The position numbers and the translations under genes are program-made. The notes under the pieces are model-generated. The model made no database searches. It was given only the letters and a program-made list of their open reading frames with translations, and was not told the DNA's origin. A stretch of DNA of 64,000 nucleotides from a bacterium (GTDB taxonomy: Bacteria; Patescibacteriota; Minisyncoccia; UBA6257; UBA9933): assembly GCA_021791445.1 (NCBI GenBank), contig JAJYWO010000010.1, positions 1,304 to 65,303 on the forward strand, given 5' to 3'. The stretch's first letter is position 1. Every line of letters starts with the position of its first letter. Positions 37,190 to 47,280 of this stretch are shown here, piece after piece.

Positions 37190-38971
37190 ATGACATCGGA
37201 GCAAATCAGAGAAAAATTTTTGGAGTTTTTTGAAAAGAAGGGACATAAAATTGTCCCTTCTTCTTCTTTAATTCCGGACGACCCGTCCGTGCTTTTGACG
37301 ACCGCCGGAATGCAGCAATTCAAAAGATATTACACTGCAGAGCTTGATGCGACAGCTGATTTCGGTTCGCAGCGGACGGTTTCCGCTCAAAAATGTTTTC
37401 GCACCAGCGATATTGAGGAAACCGGCGATAAAACCCATCTCACTTTTTTTGAAATGCTGGGGAATTTTTCTTTCGGCCCGGTCGGTTCGGATAATCCGGA
37501 AGATTTTAAAACAAGCGGCTATTTTAAGCGCTCTTCCATTTTTTGGTCTTACGAATTTATAACGGAAATTTTAGGCATTGGCGTTGACAGAATAACGGTG
37601 TCGGTTTTCAAGGGTGACGACGCTACGCCTTTTGACGAAGAATCTTATAATATCTGGCACAAAGAACTTGGCATTCCGAAAGACAAAATTATTTTAGGAA
37701 GCCGCGTTGACAATTTTTGGGGGCCGACCGGCGACGAAGGTCCTTGCGGCCCGTGCACGGAAATTTACGTTGACGGAGTGGAAATATGGAACAATGTTTT
37801 CAATGAATATTACAAGGAGAAAAACGGCGGTTTTGTGAAAACGGAAAATCCGGGCGTGGATACCGGCATGGGGTTGGAAAGATTGACGGCAATGATGCAG
37901 GGCGTTGACGATGTTTTTGGAACGGATATTTTCCAGCCGCTGGTCGCAAAAGTCAGGGAATCGGTTTCGTCGGAACACGACAGGGTGGTGAGAATTTTGG
38001 CGGACCATTTGCGCGCTTCCATTTTTTTAATTGGCGACGGTATCAGGCCCTCCAATAAAGAGGCGGGTTATATTTTGCGGAGATTGCTTCGCCGAATTAT
38101 GGCTTATCAAATTAAATACGACATTCACGCTGATTTGTTTCCGGAAAGCGTTGAAATAATAAAAAATAAATTCGGCAAGACTTATCCGGAATTGAACGAA
38201 ACTAAAAAAATTTTGGAAGTTTTGGAAGATGAGAAGCAAAAATTTCAAGAAGCGGTGGGCCGGGGGATGAAAGAAATAGAAAAATTTAAGGAAATCGGCG
38301 GCAAAGAGGCGTTTTATCTTTACGAAACATTCGGCTTGCCTTTTGAATTGATTAAAGAATTGGCGCCGAAAGAAGCGATTGAGAATTTATATAAAGAGGA
38401 TTTTGACAAGGAATTTGAAAAACACCAGGAAATTTCCCGCAGCGGAGCGGAGAAAAAATTCGGCGGCCACGGTTTGCTTTTGGACACCGGCGAATTGAAA
38501 GCCGGCAGCGAGGAAGAAATGAAAAAAGTCATTCGGTTTCACACCGCCACCCATTTGTTGCAATGGGCTCTGCGTGAAGTATTGGGGAAAGACGTGAGGC
38601 AGATGGGCTCGGACATCAATCCCGAACGGATGCGCTTTGATTTTTCTTTTAGCAGAAAAATGACAAGCGAAGAAATTAAAAAAGCCGAAGATTTGGTCAA
38701 TGAAAAAATCAAAGAAAATTTACCGGTTCATTTCAAAGAAATGTTGAAAAACGAAGCTGAGAAAATCGGCGCGTTGAGCTTTTTCAAGGCGAAATATCCG
38801 GAAACGGTGAAAGTGTATTTTATAGGACCAATAAGTCCAATGGGATTTTTGAGCGCGGAATTTTGCGGCGGGCCGCATGTAAACTGGACTTCCGAAATCG
38901 GAAAGTTTAAAATTACGAAAGAAGAAGCATCAAGCGCCGGCATTAGAAGGATAAGGGCAACTGTCTTATAA
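37190..38971 (+). CDS. alaS: Alanine--tRNA ligase, short form (catalytic plus editing domains, lacking the C-terminal C-Ala domain)
   Basis: N-terminal FLEFFEKKGHKIVPSSSLIP...TTAGMQQFK, and editing-site HTATHLL ... FCGGPHV. About 593 aa versus ~870 aa typical. Confidence 0.85.
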   Translation: MTSEQIREKFLEFFEKKGHKIVPSSSLIPDDPSVLLTTAGMQQFKRYYTAELDATADFGSQRTVSAQKCFRTSDIEETGDKTHLTFFEMLGNFSFGPVGSDNPEDFKTSGYFKRSSIFWSYEFITEILGIGVDRITVSVFKGDDATPFDEESYNIWHKELGIPKDKIILGSRVDNFWGPTGDEGPCGPCTEIYVDGVEIWNNVFNEYYKEKNGGFVKTENPGVDTGMGLERLTAMMQGVDDVFGTDIFQPLVAKVRESVSSEHDRVVRILADHLRASIFLIGDGIRPSNKEAGYILRRLLRRIMAYQIKYDIHADLFPESVEIIKNKFGKTYPELNETKKILEVLEDEKQKFQEAVGRGMKEIEKFKEIGGKEAFYLYETFGLPFELIKELAPKEAIENLYKEDFDKEFEKHQEISRSGAEKKFGGHGLLLDTGELKAGSEEEMKKVIRFHTATHLLQWALREVLGKDVRQMGSDINPERMRFDFSFSRKMTSEEIKKAEDLVNEKIKENLPVHFKEMLKNEAEKIGALSFFKAKYPETVKVYFIGPISPMGFLSAEFCGGPHVNWTSEIGKFKITKEEASSAGIRRIRATVL

Positions 38972-39022
38972 GACCAATAAGACCAACAGGGCCAATAGGA
39001 CTTATAGGACCAATAAGACCGA
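38962..39022. repeat. Six imperfect 9-bp tandem repeats (GACCAATAA-like) between alaS and the next gene
   Basis: taagaccaataagaccaacagggccaataggacttataggaccaataagaccgat. Confidence 0.6.
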
Positions 39023-39023
39023 T

Positions 39024-40496
39024 ATGGATAATAAGCCGAAAAATATAAAAGTTATGGATATTATGCCGTCCGCAAAACGGCCTGTTTTGGTTGCGGAAAA
39101 AATTGAAAAAAAAGAAGTTGAAAAAATAGAAATTAAAAAAGCGCAGCCGGAAAAAAAGCCGGAGGAAACGAAGGCGGAGAAAGAATTTCTTTCCAAATGG
39201 TTTTATAAAAAAAGAAAAACCGATATTGAGGAGGAAATTCCGGCGGAATCCGAAGAAAAAGAGGAAATTATTAAAAAAAAAGCGGAAATAAAGCCGGAAA
39301 CAAAGCCGTCTAAGAAAGAAGATTTCTTGACCGAAGAAATCGGTCCGGAGAAAAAAAGAATAAAATTCGGCAAATACGCCATAATCGCTTTGATTTTGGT
39401 TTTTGTCGCGGGCGGCGCTTACGCGGCTTTGGAAATTTTGCCCAAGGCGGAAATTAAAATCGCGGCGAAAAAAACCGCCTGGGCTTTCAACAATAGCGTC
39501 TCGGCTTCAAAAAATTTTGGAGAAATCAGCGCGGCGAACAAGCAAATTCCGGCGAATTTCTTTTCCGAAAAGAAAAACGCAACTCTTTCTTATCCGGCAA
39601 CTGGAAAAGGACATATTAAAAAAAAGGCGAGCGGCGAAATTACGATTTACAACGCTTATGGTTCGCAGGCGCAGGGATTGGTCGCCAATACGCGCTTTGA
39701 ATCTTCGGACGGAAAAATTTTCCGCATAGAAAATAAGATTACGGTTCCGGGAGCGAAAATTGAAAACGGGAAAATAATTCCCGCGACCATAAAAGTGAAA
39801 GTTGTGGCGGATAAAGTTGGAGCCGAATACAATATCGGTCCGGCTAAATTCACCATTCCCGGATTCAAAGGAACTTCGAAATATGACGGCTTTTACGCGA
39901 GGTCCGAGAGCGCGATGACTGGCGGTTTTAGCGGCAATACGGTTTATCCGACGGACGCTGAAATACAATCCGCTAAAGAAAAAACCGAGGCTGCTTTGCG
40001 AGACAGCTCTAATTTGCTTATTTCTTCGCAAATTCCGTCGGATTTCAAAGTATTGGAAGGCGCGCGGCAGTTTAACATCACAAAAACGGAAGTTAACCAA
40101 GAAGTGACTCAAGAGGGTAATTTCTCCGTTTTTATGGAAGGTGAATTAACGGTGGTGGGGTTCAAAGAATCGGATTTGTTTGATTTGATGGCAACTTTGG
40201 CGCAGAAGGAATTGGGCGAGGGAGTTCGGGCGAAAGAATATTCGTTGGAATACGGCGCGGTTCGTCCGGATATTCAGGCCGGGAAAATTGATTTTTCAAT
40301 CAATTACAGCGGCACTTTTTGGCAACCGGTTGATATTGAGCAATTTAAAAATTCCATTTTGGGTAAAAAGGAAACGGACCTAAAGGCTTTTGTTTTTTCT
40401 TTGCCGGGCGTTGAGCGGGCAACGGTTTCTCTTTGGCCGTTTTGGGTAAAGAGCGTGCCGGATAAGGTTGAGAAGGTGAGCGTGATTGTAGAATAA
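39024..40496 (+). CDS. Hypothetical membrane-anchored protein with a Lys/Glu-rich N-terminus, one TM, then a large extracytoplasmic domain
   Basis: ORF plus the TM segment YAIIALILVFVAGGAYAAL. Confidence 0.5.
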   Translation: MDNKPKNIKVMDIMPSAKRPVLVAEKIEKKEVEKIEIKKAQPEKKPEETKAEKEFLSKWFYKKRKTDIEEEIPAESEEKEEIIKKKAEIKPETKPSKKEDFLTEEIGPEKKRIKFGKYAIIALILVFVAGGAYAALEILPKAEIKIAAKKTAWAFNNSVSASKNFGEISAANKQIPANFFSEKKNATLSYPATGKGHIKKKASGEITIYNAYGSQAQGLVANTRFESSDGKIFRIENKITVPGAKIENGKIIPATIKVKVVADKVGAEYNIGPAKFTIPGFKGTSKYDGFYARSESAMTGGFSGNTVYPTDAEIQSAKEKTEAALRDSSNLLISSQIPSDFKVLEGARQFNITKTEVNQEVTQEGNFSVFMEGELTVVGFKESDLFDLMATLAQKELGEGVRAKEYSLEYGAVRPDIQAGKIDFSINYSGTFWQPVDIEQFKNSILGKKETDLKAFVFSLPGVERATVSLWPFWVKSVPDKVEKVSVIVE

Positions 40497-40503
40497 ATTT
40501 TTA

Positions 40504-40643
40504 AAAAAGAGACAAATGTTTTCTTGCTACCGTTCGCTTGCCCAGCGAGCTCGCTCACTGGCGCCGCTCGCTCACTCTCCTCGCTTCGCTCGGAACCATG
40601 CCCGTTCGCTCGCGGAGCCGCGCTGCGAAAATATTTGTCTCTT
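40504..40643. repeat. ~140-bp GC-rich palindromic element immediately upstream of xerC. AT-rich outer inverted repeats (aaaagagacaaat / atttgtctcttt) enclose gctcgctcact repeats
   Basis: Strong local GC jump. No ORF. Shares cgttcgctcgc with the iscS insert. Confidence 0.6.
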
Positions 40644-40663
40644 TATTATATATAATCTAAAAC

Positions 40664-41584
40664 ATGGCCGATATTAAAAATTTATTAAAGAACTATCTTG
40701 ATTATTTGGAGATTGAGAAAAATCGGTCGCCGAAAACGCGGGAAAATTACGAGCGTTATCTTAAAGCGTTTTTTGAATTCAGCGGAATAAAAAGCGAAAA
40801 AGAAATTAACGTTGATAAAGTGAAAGAATTCCGTTTGCGTCTGGCGCGGATGAAAAACGAGAAAGGCGAGTATCTGAAAAAATCAACACAGGCATATTAC
40901 GTTATCGCTTTGCGGAATTTTTTAAAATATTTGATTAAAAACGATTATGAAGTTTTGTCTCCGGATAAAATCGAACTGCCAAAAATTCCGGCGCGCCAGA
41001 TTAAAACCATTGAATACAAAGATATGGAGCGGCTGTTGGACGCGCCGCATCCGCCGGCTGGCGGAAATGATTTAAGAGTGTTGCGCGACAAGGCGATTTT
41101 GGAAACATTGTTTTCAACCGGGCTCCGCATTTCCGAACTTTGTTCGCTTAATCGCTACATTGACATCAATCGCGGCGAAATAACCGTGCGCGGCAAAGGT
41201 GGAAAATTGCGCGTGGTTTTTCTTTCCGACCGCGCTAAAAAAGCGCTGAAAAATTATTTGGACAAGCGCGAAGACGCGGAAGAAACGCTGTTTGTGAGTT
41301 TAACTAAATCAAAAAAACCTAAAGTTATCGGCCGAATTTTGCCGCGCACAGCCCAGAGATTAGTTGATTTCTACAGCCGCAAAGCCGGAATTTTTGAGAA
41401 AATTTCTCCGCACCAATTCCGTCACCAATTCGCCACCGACCTTTTAATCGGCGGAGCGGATTTGCGTTCGGTTCAAGAGCTTTTGGGGCATTCCAATATT
41501 TCCACCACCCAAATTTATACTCATCTAACCAATAAAGAACTTCGCGAAGTTCATAAAACATTTCACGCCCGAAGGAGAAAATAA
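40664..41584 (+). CDS. xerC: Tyrosine site-specific recombinase XerC/XerD family
   Basis: R..H..R..Y catalytic pattern: RHQFATDLL, HSNISTTQIYTHL. Confidence 0.88.
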   Translation: MADIKNLLKNYLDYLEIEKNRSPKTRENYERYLKAFFEFSGIKSEKEINVDKVKEFRLRLARMKNEKGEYLKKSTQAYYVIALRNFLKYLIKNDYEVLSPDKIELPKIPARQIKTIEYKDMERLLDAPHPPAGGNDLRVLRDKAILETLFSTGLRISELCSLNRYIDINRGEITVRGKGGKLRVVFLSDRAKKALKNYLDKREDAEETLFVSLTKSKKPKVIGRILPRTAQRLVDFYSRKAGIFEKISPHQFRHQFATDLLIGGADLRSVQELLGHSNISTTQIYTHLTNKELREVHKTFHARRRK

Positions 41585-41587
41585 TAA

Positions 41588-41612
41588 ATGAAGGCCTCCG
41601 CAAGGCCTTCAT
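41588..41612. terminator. Bidirectional terminator hairpin GAAGGCCTCCGCAAGGCCTTC between the convergent xerC and copA genes. Identical to 11688-11710
   Basis: Perfect hairpin flanked by A/T runs. Confidence 0.7.
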
Positions 41613-43789
41613 TTGTAATATTTCATTGTTAGCGCGCTTAAGACCACACTCACCGAGGAAAACGCCATTGCCGCGGCGGCGATAGCCGGATTAAGCAGCC
41701 AGCCGAAAAACGGGTAAAGGATGCCGGCGGCAATCGGGATGCCGGCGATGTTGTAAAAGAAAGCCCAGAAAAGATTTTGTTTGATTTTTCGCAATGTGTA
41801 AGCGCTTAAATTAATGGCGGAGATGGCGTCGCGTAAATCGTTTTTAACCAGAATAATCTGGCCGCTTTCAATGGCGATGTCCGAACCCGAACCGACTGCA
41901 ATTCCCAAATTGGCTTGCGTTAAGGCCGGCGCGTCGTTGATGCCGTCGCCGACAAAAGCCACGATTTCTCCCTGCGCTTGCAGGTTTTTTATTTCCTGCG
42001 ATTTTTCCTGAGGCAGGACTTCAGCCAATATTTTTTCTATGCCAAGCTGTTTGGCAATGGCTTCAGCGGTTCTTTTATTGTCGCCGGTAATCATCGCCGT
42101 TTTTTTGCCGGCCTCGCGCAGTTTTTTAACGGCTTCAATGGAAGTTTCTTTAAGCGTGTCCGCCGCGGCGATTAAGCCGATTATTTCTTTGTCTGCGGCG
42201 AGAATCATCACGGTTTTCCCTTGTTGTTCCAAATTTGAGATATTTTTTTCAATTTCATCGCTTATATTTATATTGAAACCGGCCATTAAATTTTTATTGC
42301 CGATTAAAATTTTTTGATTTTTAATTTCCCCTTTTGCTCCTTTTCCCGGAATCGCCTCAAAATTTTCAACTTCAAACAATCCCAGATTGTTTTTTTTCGC
42401 CTCGTCAACAATCGCTTGCGCCAAGGGATGTTCGGATTTTTTCTCCAAACTCGCCGCCAGTTTTAAAACATCGTTTTTTGCAATTTCCATAATATCCGTT
42501 ACTGTCGGTTCGCCGCGGGTCAAAGTTCCGGTTTTGTCAAAAACAACCATAGTGATTTTTTTGGCGATTTCCAAAGCGTCGGCGCTTTTGATTAAAATTC
42601 CTTTTTGCGCCGCTAAGCCCGTTCCCATCATTATCGCCGTGGGAGTCGCCAAGCCCAAGGCGCAGGGGCAGGCGATAATCAAAACCGTGACAAAAATCAC
42701 TAAGCTGAATGTGGCGCTTTGTCCAGTTAAAAACCAGATAATGGCGGCCAACACAGCGATAGCAATAACACTGGGCGTGAAATACAGCGAGATTTTATCA
42801 ACCAAAAGCTGAATCGGCGCTTTTGATTCCATAGCTTCCTGAACCACTTTGATGATTTGCGCCAAAATCGTATCTTTGCCAATTCTTTTCGCTTCAATTT
42901 TCAGAAAGCCGGTTTTATTGATGGTCGCGCCGATAACATCGTCTCCAACTTTTTTTTCAACCGGAATGCTTTCGCCGGTAATCATTTTTTCGTCAACTCC
43001 CGAATATCCTTCAATGACTTTGCCGTCAACCGGAATTTTTTCTCCGGGCTTTACCAAAACAATATCGCCGATTTTTATTTCCGCGATGTTGATTTTTATT
43101 TCTTTGCCGTCTCTTATGATAACCGCTTCCTTCGGTTGGAGGCCGATGAGTTTTTTAATCGCCTCGTTAGTTTTGCCTTTGGTTTTGGCTTCAAGATATT
43201 TGCCGAGGGCGATGAAAATCAGAATCAAAGCCGCGCTTTCAAAATACAAATCTCCGGAAACCGATAATACTAAAATAATCAGGCTGTAAAAATAAGCCAC
43301 GGCAGTGCCGATGAAAATCAAAGAATCCATATTGGGCATAAACCGGAGCAAGCTTTTAAATCCCGATTTCCAAATGTCAAAACAAGCGGCGATAATCGCG
43401 GTTGCCAAAACAAGCTGAATAATATCACTTGCTTGTTTTGCCAAGGGCAATTTTGGCAATCCGACAAGCGACGCCATTACAGCGTAAATAATCGGCAAGC
43501 CGAAAATAAGCGAAAAAACAAAGCGGTTTCTCAATTTTTTCGCCGGTTCTTCGGGATGATGGTGCTCGTGGTCTATTTCGTTTTCTTCCATCGCTCCGTA
43601 GCCGAGTTCGCCGATGATTTTTTTAATCGTGTCTTTGCCGATTTTTTTCTCGTCAAATTCAATACTGGCTTTTTCCGAAGCAAAATTCACGCCGGCATTT
43701 TTTATACCCTCGGTTTTTTTCAAAACGTGTTCAATGTTGGCGGCGCACGACGCGCAATCCATATCGGTAATTTTGAGAATTGTTTTCAT
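41609..43789 (-). CDS. copA: Copper-translocating P1B-type ATPase
   Basis: N-terminal HMA motif [14 protein letters not shown] in TM6 ([12 protein letters not shown]), [15 protein letters not shown]. Confidence 0.93.
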   Translation of the reverse strand: MKTILKITDMDCASCAANIEHVLKKTEGIKNAGVNFASEKASIEFDEKKIGKDTIKKIIGELGYGAMEENEIDHEHHHPEEPAKKLRNRFVFSLIFGLPIIYAVMASLVGLPKLPLAKQASDIIQLVLATAIIAACFDIWKSGFKSLLRFMPNMDSLIFIGTAVAYFYSLIILVLSVSGDLYFESAALILIFIALGKYLEAKTKGKTNEAIKKLIGLQPKEAVIIRDGKEIKINIAEIKIGDIVLVKPGEKIPVDGKVIEGYSGVDEKMITGESIPVEKKVGDDVIGATINKTGFLKIEAKRIGKDTILAQIIKVVQEAMESKAPIQLLVDKISLYFTPSVIAIAVLAAIIWFLTGQSATFSLVIFVTVLIIACPCALGLATPTAIMMGTGLAAQKGILIKSADALEIAKKITMVVFDKTGTLTRGEPTVTDIMEIAKNDVLKLAASLEKKSEHPLAQAIVDEAKKNNLGLFEVENFEAIPGKGAKGEIKNQKILIGNKNLMAGFNINISDEIEKNISNLEQQGKTVMILAADKEIIGLIAAADTLKETSIEAVKKLREAGKKTAMITGDNKRTAEAIAKQLGIEKILAEVLPQEKSQEIKNLQAQGEIVAFVGDGINDAPALTQANLGIAVGSGSDIAIESGQIILVKNDLRDAISAINLSAYTLRKIKQNLFWAFFYNIAGIPIAAGILYPFFGWLLNPAIAAAAMAFSSVSVVLSALTMKYYK

Positions 43790-43795
43790 ATTATT

Positions 43796-44827
43796 TTATA
43801 TTCCGCAGCCGCTTTGTTGCTGAGGAGCCGGAGCGCTGTCAATGCCGCAGCCGCTTCCGCCGGAAGATTTTTGGGTTTTCGCGGTTTGCGAAGAGATTTT
43901 TCTGTATCCGGACGCGCTGGAATAATCAGCTCCGAGAATTTCAATTGGATCAACATTTTCCCATTCAATTCCTTTATTTTTCATATAAGTCGCGATGGTG
44001 AGATAAGTGTCCGGAAACCAGTAGGAATTTACGGCCAAAGCCGCATTCCACATTTCTTGTTCGCTCGCGTTTTGCGAAGCCATCAGCTCCAGAAGTCCAA
44101 GCATCGCCATCCCGTGGTTGCAATCCGGAAAATGCGTTGAATTGCCGCAGCACGGCCGGTAAACGCCTTTGGAAACTTTTTCCACCAGTGCCTGTTGTTC
44201 GTCGGTCAATTCAAGAAGCCGGTGCTTGCTGTAATGTTCCATTGCGTTTCCCTTGGCGATTGTCCATCCAGCGGTTGAGGCGAAATTTTCGGCTCCGCCG
44301 TAGCGCGGGTCCGCCATTTCTCCGTTTTCCAGAATCGGATTTTTGTTTGCCAAGCCGAGCGCCCACAGCAGATTCAGCAGATATCCGGAATTTTCATTTG
44401 TTATTCTGAGTTTGCCGTTGTTTTTCCCGAGGAGCAGATTCTCGTATTCTTTGGCGAACGCGTCGCGCTGTTCGTATATTGATTTGAATTTGTCGGCGTC
44501 AATGGCGCCTGAATTCACGAGTTGAAGTCCGAGATCGCCCCAGACAGCGGGCAAAACAACGCCTTCGGACGGCAGAACTTTTTCTTCAAGTTCGGAAATT
44601 GTTGTTTCGGAGACGGAGGCATTTTGCGTTTTCGGCAGGGTGCCGGATTTCAGTCCTACGGAATACACCCATGTTCCGGAAATCAATATCGCTGAAATAA
44701 GAATGCTTGTGCCGATGCCGATATTGAAGCCCGAGGATTTTTCCGCGCCGGCGTTTTGAATTGTTTCTTCCGCGTTTTGCGCTTGCACATCTTCAATTAT
44801 TTGATTTTGATTTTTTTGTTCTTCCAT
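43796..44827 (-). CDS. Membrane-anchored Cys-containing protein (CCGNSTHFPDCNHG, C-terminal SGCGIDSAPAPQQQSGCGI). Possibly a metal/thiol-redox partner in the copA operon
   Basis: ORF, single N-terminal TM. Position in the operon 46124->41609. Confidence 0.45.
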   Translation of the reverse strand: MEEQKNQNQIIEDVQAQNAEETIQNAGAEKSSGFNIGIGTSILISAILISGTWVYSVGLKSGTLPKTQNASVSETTISELEEKVLPSEGVVLPAVWGDLGLQLVNSGAIDADKFKSIYEQRDAFAKEYENLLLGKNNGKLRITNENSGYLLNLLWALGLANKNPILENGEMADPRYGGAENFASTAGWTIAKGNAMEHYSKHRLLELTDEQQALVEKVSKGVYRPCCGNSTHFPDCNHGMAMLGLLELMASQNASEQEMWNAALAVNSYWFPDTYLTIATYMKNKGIEWENVDPIEILGADYSSASGYRKISSQTAKTQKSSGGSGCGIDSAPAPQQQSGCGI

Positions 44828-44835
44828 AAGTTTAT

Positions 44836-45618
44836 TTAGAAAGCGAAAATGGCGATGCCGAGAATAATCATGGCAATGCCACTGATCGTTTTCATTTGTT
44901 TATTATTGACTCTTTTCCATTCCATCACTTTTTCCGTAAGAGATTTATCGCTGGTTATCAGCAGAATCGCGACAAGCGGAAGAATGAAAATCAGATTGTA
45001 CAGCAGAAGATAGCCGATTCCGGAATAATAAGTGTTCTGGTCATGAAGCAGTCCTAGCACCATCAGATACGGGCCGCCGGTGCAGGGAAATTCGCAGAGC
45101 CCGACAAGGACGCCCAGAAAAAACGCGGCCAATAAGGACGTTTTATCCATAAGTTCCGCCATTTTATTGTGCGCGATTTTCGGAATTTTTATTCTTATCG
45201 GAAACGATGGAAACAGCGCGCTTATGGCGCTTATCGCTCCGACGGCGATTAGAAGGACTGCTCCGACTTTTGCCATAAAATGCGGTGTGTTGAAAAGATG
45301 GAGAACCTGCAGAATTCCGAGCCCAATAAGGACATAAACGGCGAGAATTCCCAAAATGTAAAACCCTCCGATTTTCAAAATATCCGAACGCGTTTTTTCG
45401 ATGGTGAAAAGAAAAGCGATTGTCAGGAGCAGGATTGAAAACGCGCAGGGATTGACGCTGTCAATTATCGCCGCAACGCTTACGAGCGGCAGAAGCCATT
45501 TGCCGTGATCGCTTATATTCCACAAGGCGGCTGTTCCAATATTGCTTTCTTTCAGAAATATTGCCGCGCCGAAAACTAACAATGCGATTGCGGAAATAAA
45601 TATCAGTTTTTTGCTCAT
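44836..45618 (-). CDS. ccdA: Cytochrome c biogenesis / thiol-disulfide transporter CcdA (DsbD transmembrane domain family)
   Basis: Paired Cys in TM segments (SVNPCAFS and CEFPCTGGPY), 6-8 TM topology. Confidence 0.8.
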   Translation of the reverse strand: MSKKLIFISAIALLVFGAAIFLKESNIGTAALWNISDHGKWLLPLVSVAAIIDSVNPCAFSILLLTIAFLFTIEKTRSDILKIGGFYILGILAVYVLIGLGILQVLHLFNTPHFMAKVGAVLLIAVGAISAISALFPSFPIRIKIPKIAHNKMAELMDKTSLLAAFFLGVLVGLCEFPCTGGPYLMVLGLLHDQNTYYSGIGYLLLYNLIFILPLVAILLITSDKSLTEKVMEWKRVNNKQMKTISGIAMIILGIAIFAF

Positions 45619-46124
45619 TATGGAGTTACAACGGCGGTTAATTGAAGTTCAATCGGGTCGCCCGCGTTGTTTTCAATTATTACCGCCCTTTGGATTTTGC
45701 CAACGCCGGCCGGACCATGCGCCGCCGGGTCAAAAACGGCTTCTATTGTCGCTTCTTCGTTGGAATCGATTATCTGATTTATCACCGGAATAACGCCATG
45801 GCCGGGCATTCCGTAAGGCCCCATTTTTTTGCCCTTAATCATAAGTTCGGCGGTTGTGCACATGCACGAAGTGTATATCTTGCTTATAGTCGTTGCTTCA
45901 TTTCCGTTATTTTTAATTTTAAAATCGTATTTTACTTTTCCGGCGGTCATTGAAATTTCGCCGAAATCATAATTATTAACTCCTTCAACAACCAATGTTC
46001 CGTTATTTTGCGCCGGAATCGCGGATTTGTTTTTTCCGCTGCTCTGCTGTTTTGGTTCCGCGAACCAGATGATTCCGCCGAGCAGCGCGGCCGCGACAAC
46101 GGCGCTGATGACAATTTTGTTCAT
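45618..46124 (-). CDS. Secreted DUF1573-family protein
   Basis: YDFGEI...G......F.IKNNGN..L.I..V..SCMCT pattern. Confidence 0.6.
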   Translation of the reverse strand: MNKIVISAVVAAALLGGIIWFAEPKQQSSGKNKSAIPAQNNGTLVVEGVNNYDFGEISMTAGKVKYDFKIKNNGNEATTISKIYTSCMCTTAELMIKGKKMGPYGMPGHGVIPVINQIIDSNEEATIEAVFDPAAHGPAGVGKIQRAVIIENNAGDPIELQLTAVVTP

Positions 46125-46168
46125 AATTTTATTTTATAGTGTTTATTAATTTTTTAATTACTACTCTC

Positions 46169-46216
46169 AAAGTATAACATTTTATTGTCGATCGTCGACG
46201 AAATGTTATACTTTTT
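46169..46216. repeat. 48-bp palindromic intergenic repeat, copy 4
   Basis: AAAGTATAACATTTTATTGTCGATCGTCGACGAAATGTTATACTTTTT. Confidence 0.75.
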
Positions 46217-46279
46217 ATTTTTATTTGTTTATCGATAAAGTTAAACGAGTGTGCGGAAAAAATCCCGCTGCGTTGGGAT

Positions 46280-46732
46280 TTACGCGGTCGAAGGGCTGTT
46301 TTCGCGCAAAGAGAGCCAATGAATGAATTTATGGCGAAAGCGCGGAATAGTTTTTAAATAAACCTGCTGGAGCCGAAAAAGCGAAAAAGCGGTTTTAACG
46401 GGATTTTTTAACAGAATTCGCGCGGCGATTTTCGCAATCGCAAATAATAAAACAGCGGCGAGCAATAGAATCGCGGCATCGTTAAAAATCGCGTTTAATG
46501 TTTTTTTGAAAAAATCGAGGTGAAGAAAAAAATAATCAATCGGATTGTTGTTTCCCATGCAATTTATTCCTTGCGTAACCGCCGCGGCGCAACCGCCGTG
46601 ATTTTTCATTATCGTTTCCATACCGAAAACGCCGAATAAGGCGACGGACGCGAATCCTATTAACAATAGAATGGAGAACGATGTTTCTATTTTCATGATT
46701 TTCAGATTATAGCACGCTTTTTTATTTTTCAA
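46280..46732 (-). CDS. Small membrane protein with two TM segments and a Cys pair. The start is probably an internal Met
   Basis: ORF plus hydrophobic segments. Confidence 0.4.
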   Translation of the reverse strand: MKNKKACYNLKIMKIETSFSILLLIGFASVALFGVFGMETIMKNHGGCAAAVTQGINCMGNNNPIDYFFLHLDFFKKTLNAIFNDAAILLLAAVLLFAIAKIAARILLKNPVKTAFSLFRLQQVYLKTIPRFRHKFIHWLSLRENSPSTA

Positions 46733-46752
46733 CAGAATGTTAAAATAAATAA

Positions 46753-47175
46753 ATGTGGATAATCTACGCTTTTATTTCTTCAATCGCCGCGGCCTTGGTC
46801 GCCGTATTCGCCAAGCTTGGGCTGAAAGAAATTGATTCCACTTTGGCGACGATTGTTCGCTCCATGATAATGGCGCTGTTTTTGGTGGCCACGGGATTTT
46901 TTCTGAAAAAATTTGAGGGGTTTTCTTTGGGTTCTTTCAGTCAAAAAGATTGGATTTTAATTGTCGCGGCCGGCATTGCCGGAGCGATTTCTTGGTTGTT
47001 TTATTTTCTCGCGCTTAAAAGCGGTCCCGCAACCGCCACGGTGGCGATAGACAGATTGAGCATTGTTTTTGTCGTGATTCTCGCCGCCTTATTCTTGGGC
47101 GAGGCGTTCGGCTGGAAATCCGCCCTTGGCGCGCTTTTAATGGTTCTCGGCGCCCTGTTGATTGTTTTGAAGTAG
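46753..47175 (+). CDS. Small 4-TM transporter of the DMT superfamily (EamA-like)
   Basis: 140 aa, four TM helices, EamA-like hydrophobic pattern. Confidence 0.55.
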   Translation: MWIIYAFISSIAAALVAVFAKLGLKEIDSTLATIVRSMIMALFLVATGFFLKKFEGFSLGSFSQKDWILIVAAGIAGAISWLFYFLALKSGPATATVAIDRLSIVFVVILAALFLGEAFGWKSALGALLMVLGALLIVLK

Positions 47176-47257
47176 AAAAAATTTGTTAACATTTTGACAA
47201 GTTAATCGTTATATTATATAGCAAGTTCTTTGGAAAAGCCCGGATGTTAACTTTTTA

Positions 47258-47280
47258 AGCCGAACACTCGGCTTTTTTTA
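47258..47280 (+). terminator. Rho-independent terminator AGCCGA-acac-TCGGCT plus a T7 run
   Basis: Read directly. It is preceded by a TTGACA-type promoter-like sequence at 47194-47220, so a short ~60-80-nt transcript is possible. Confidence 0.55.
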
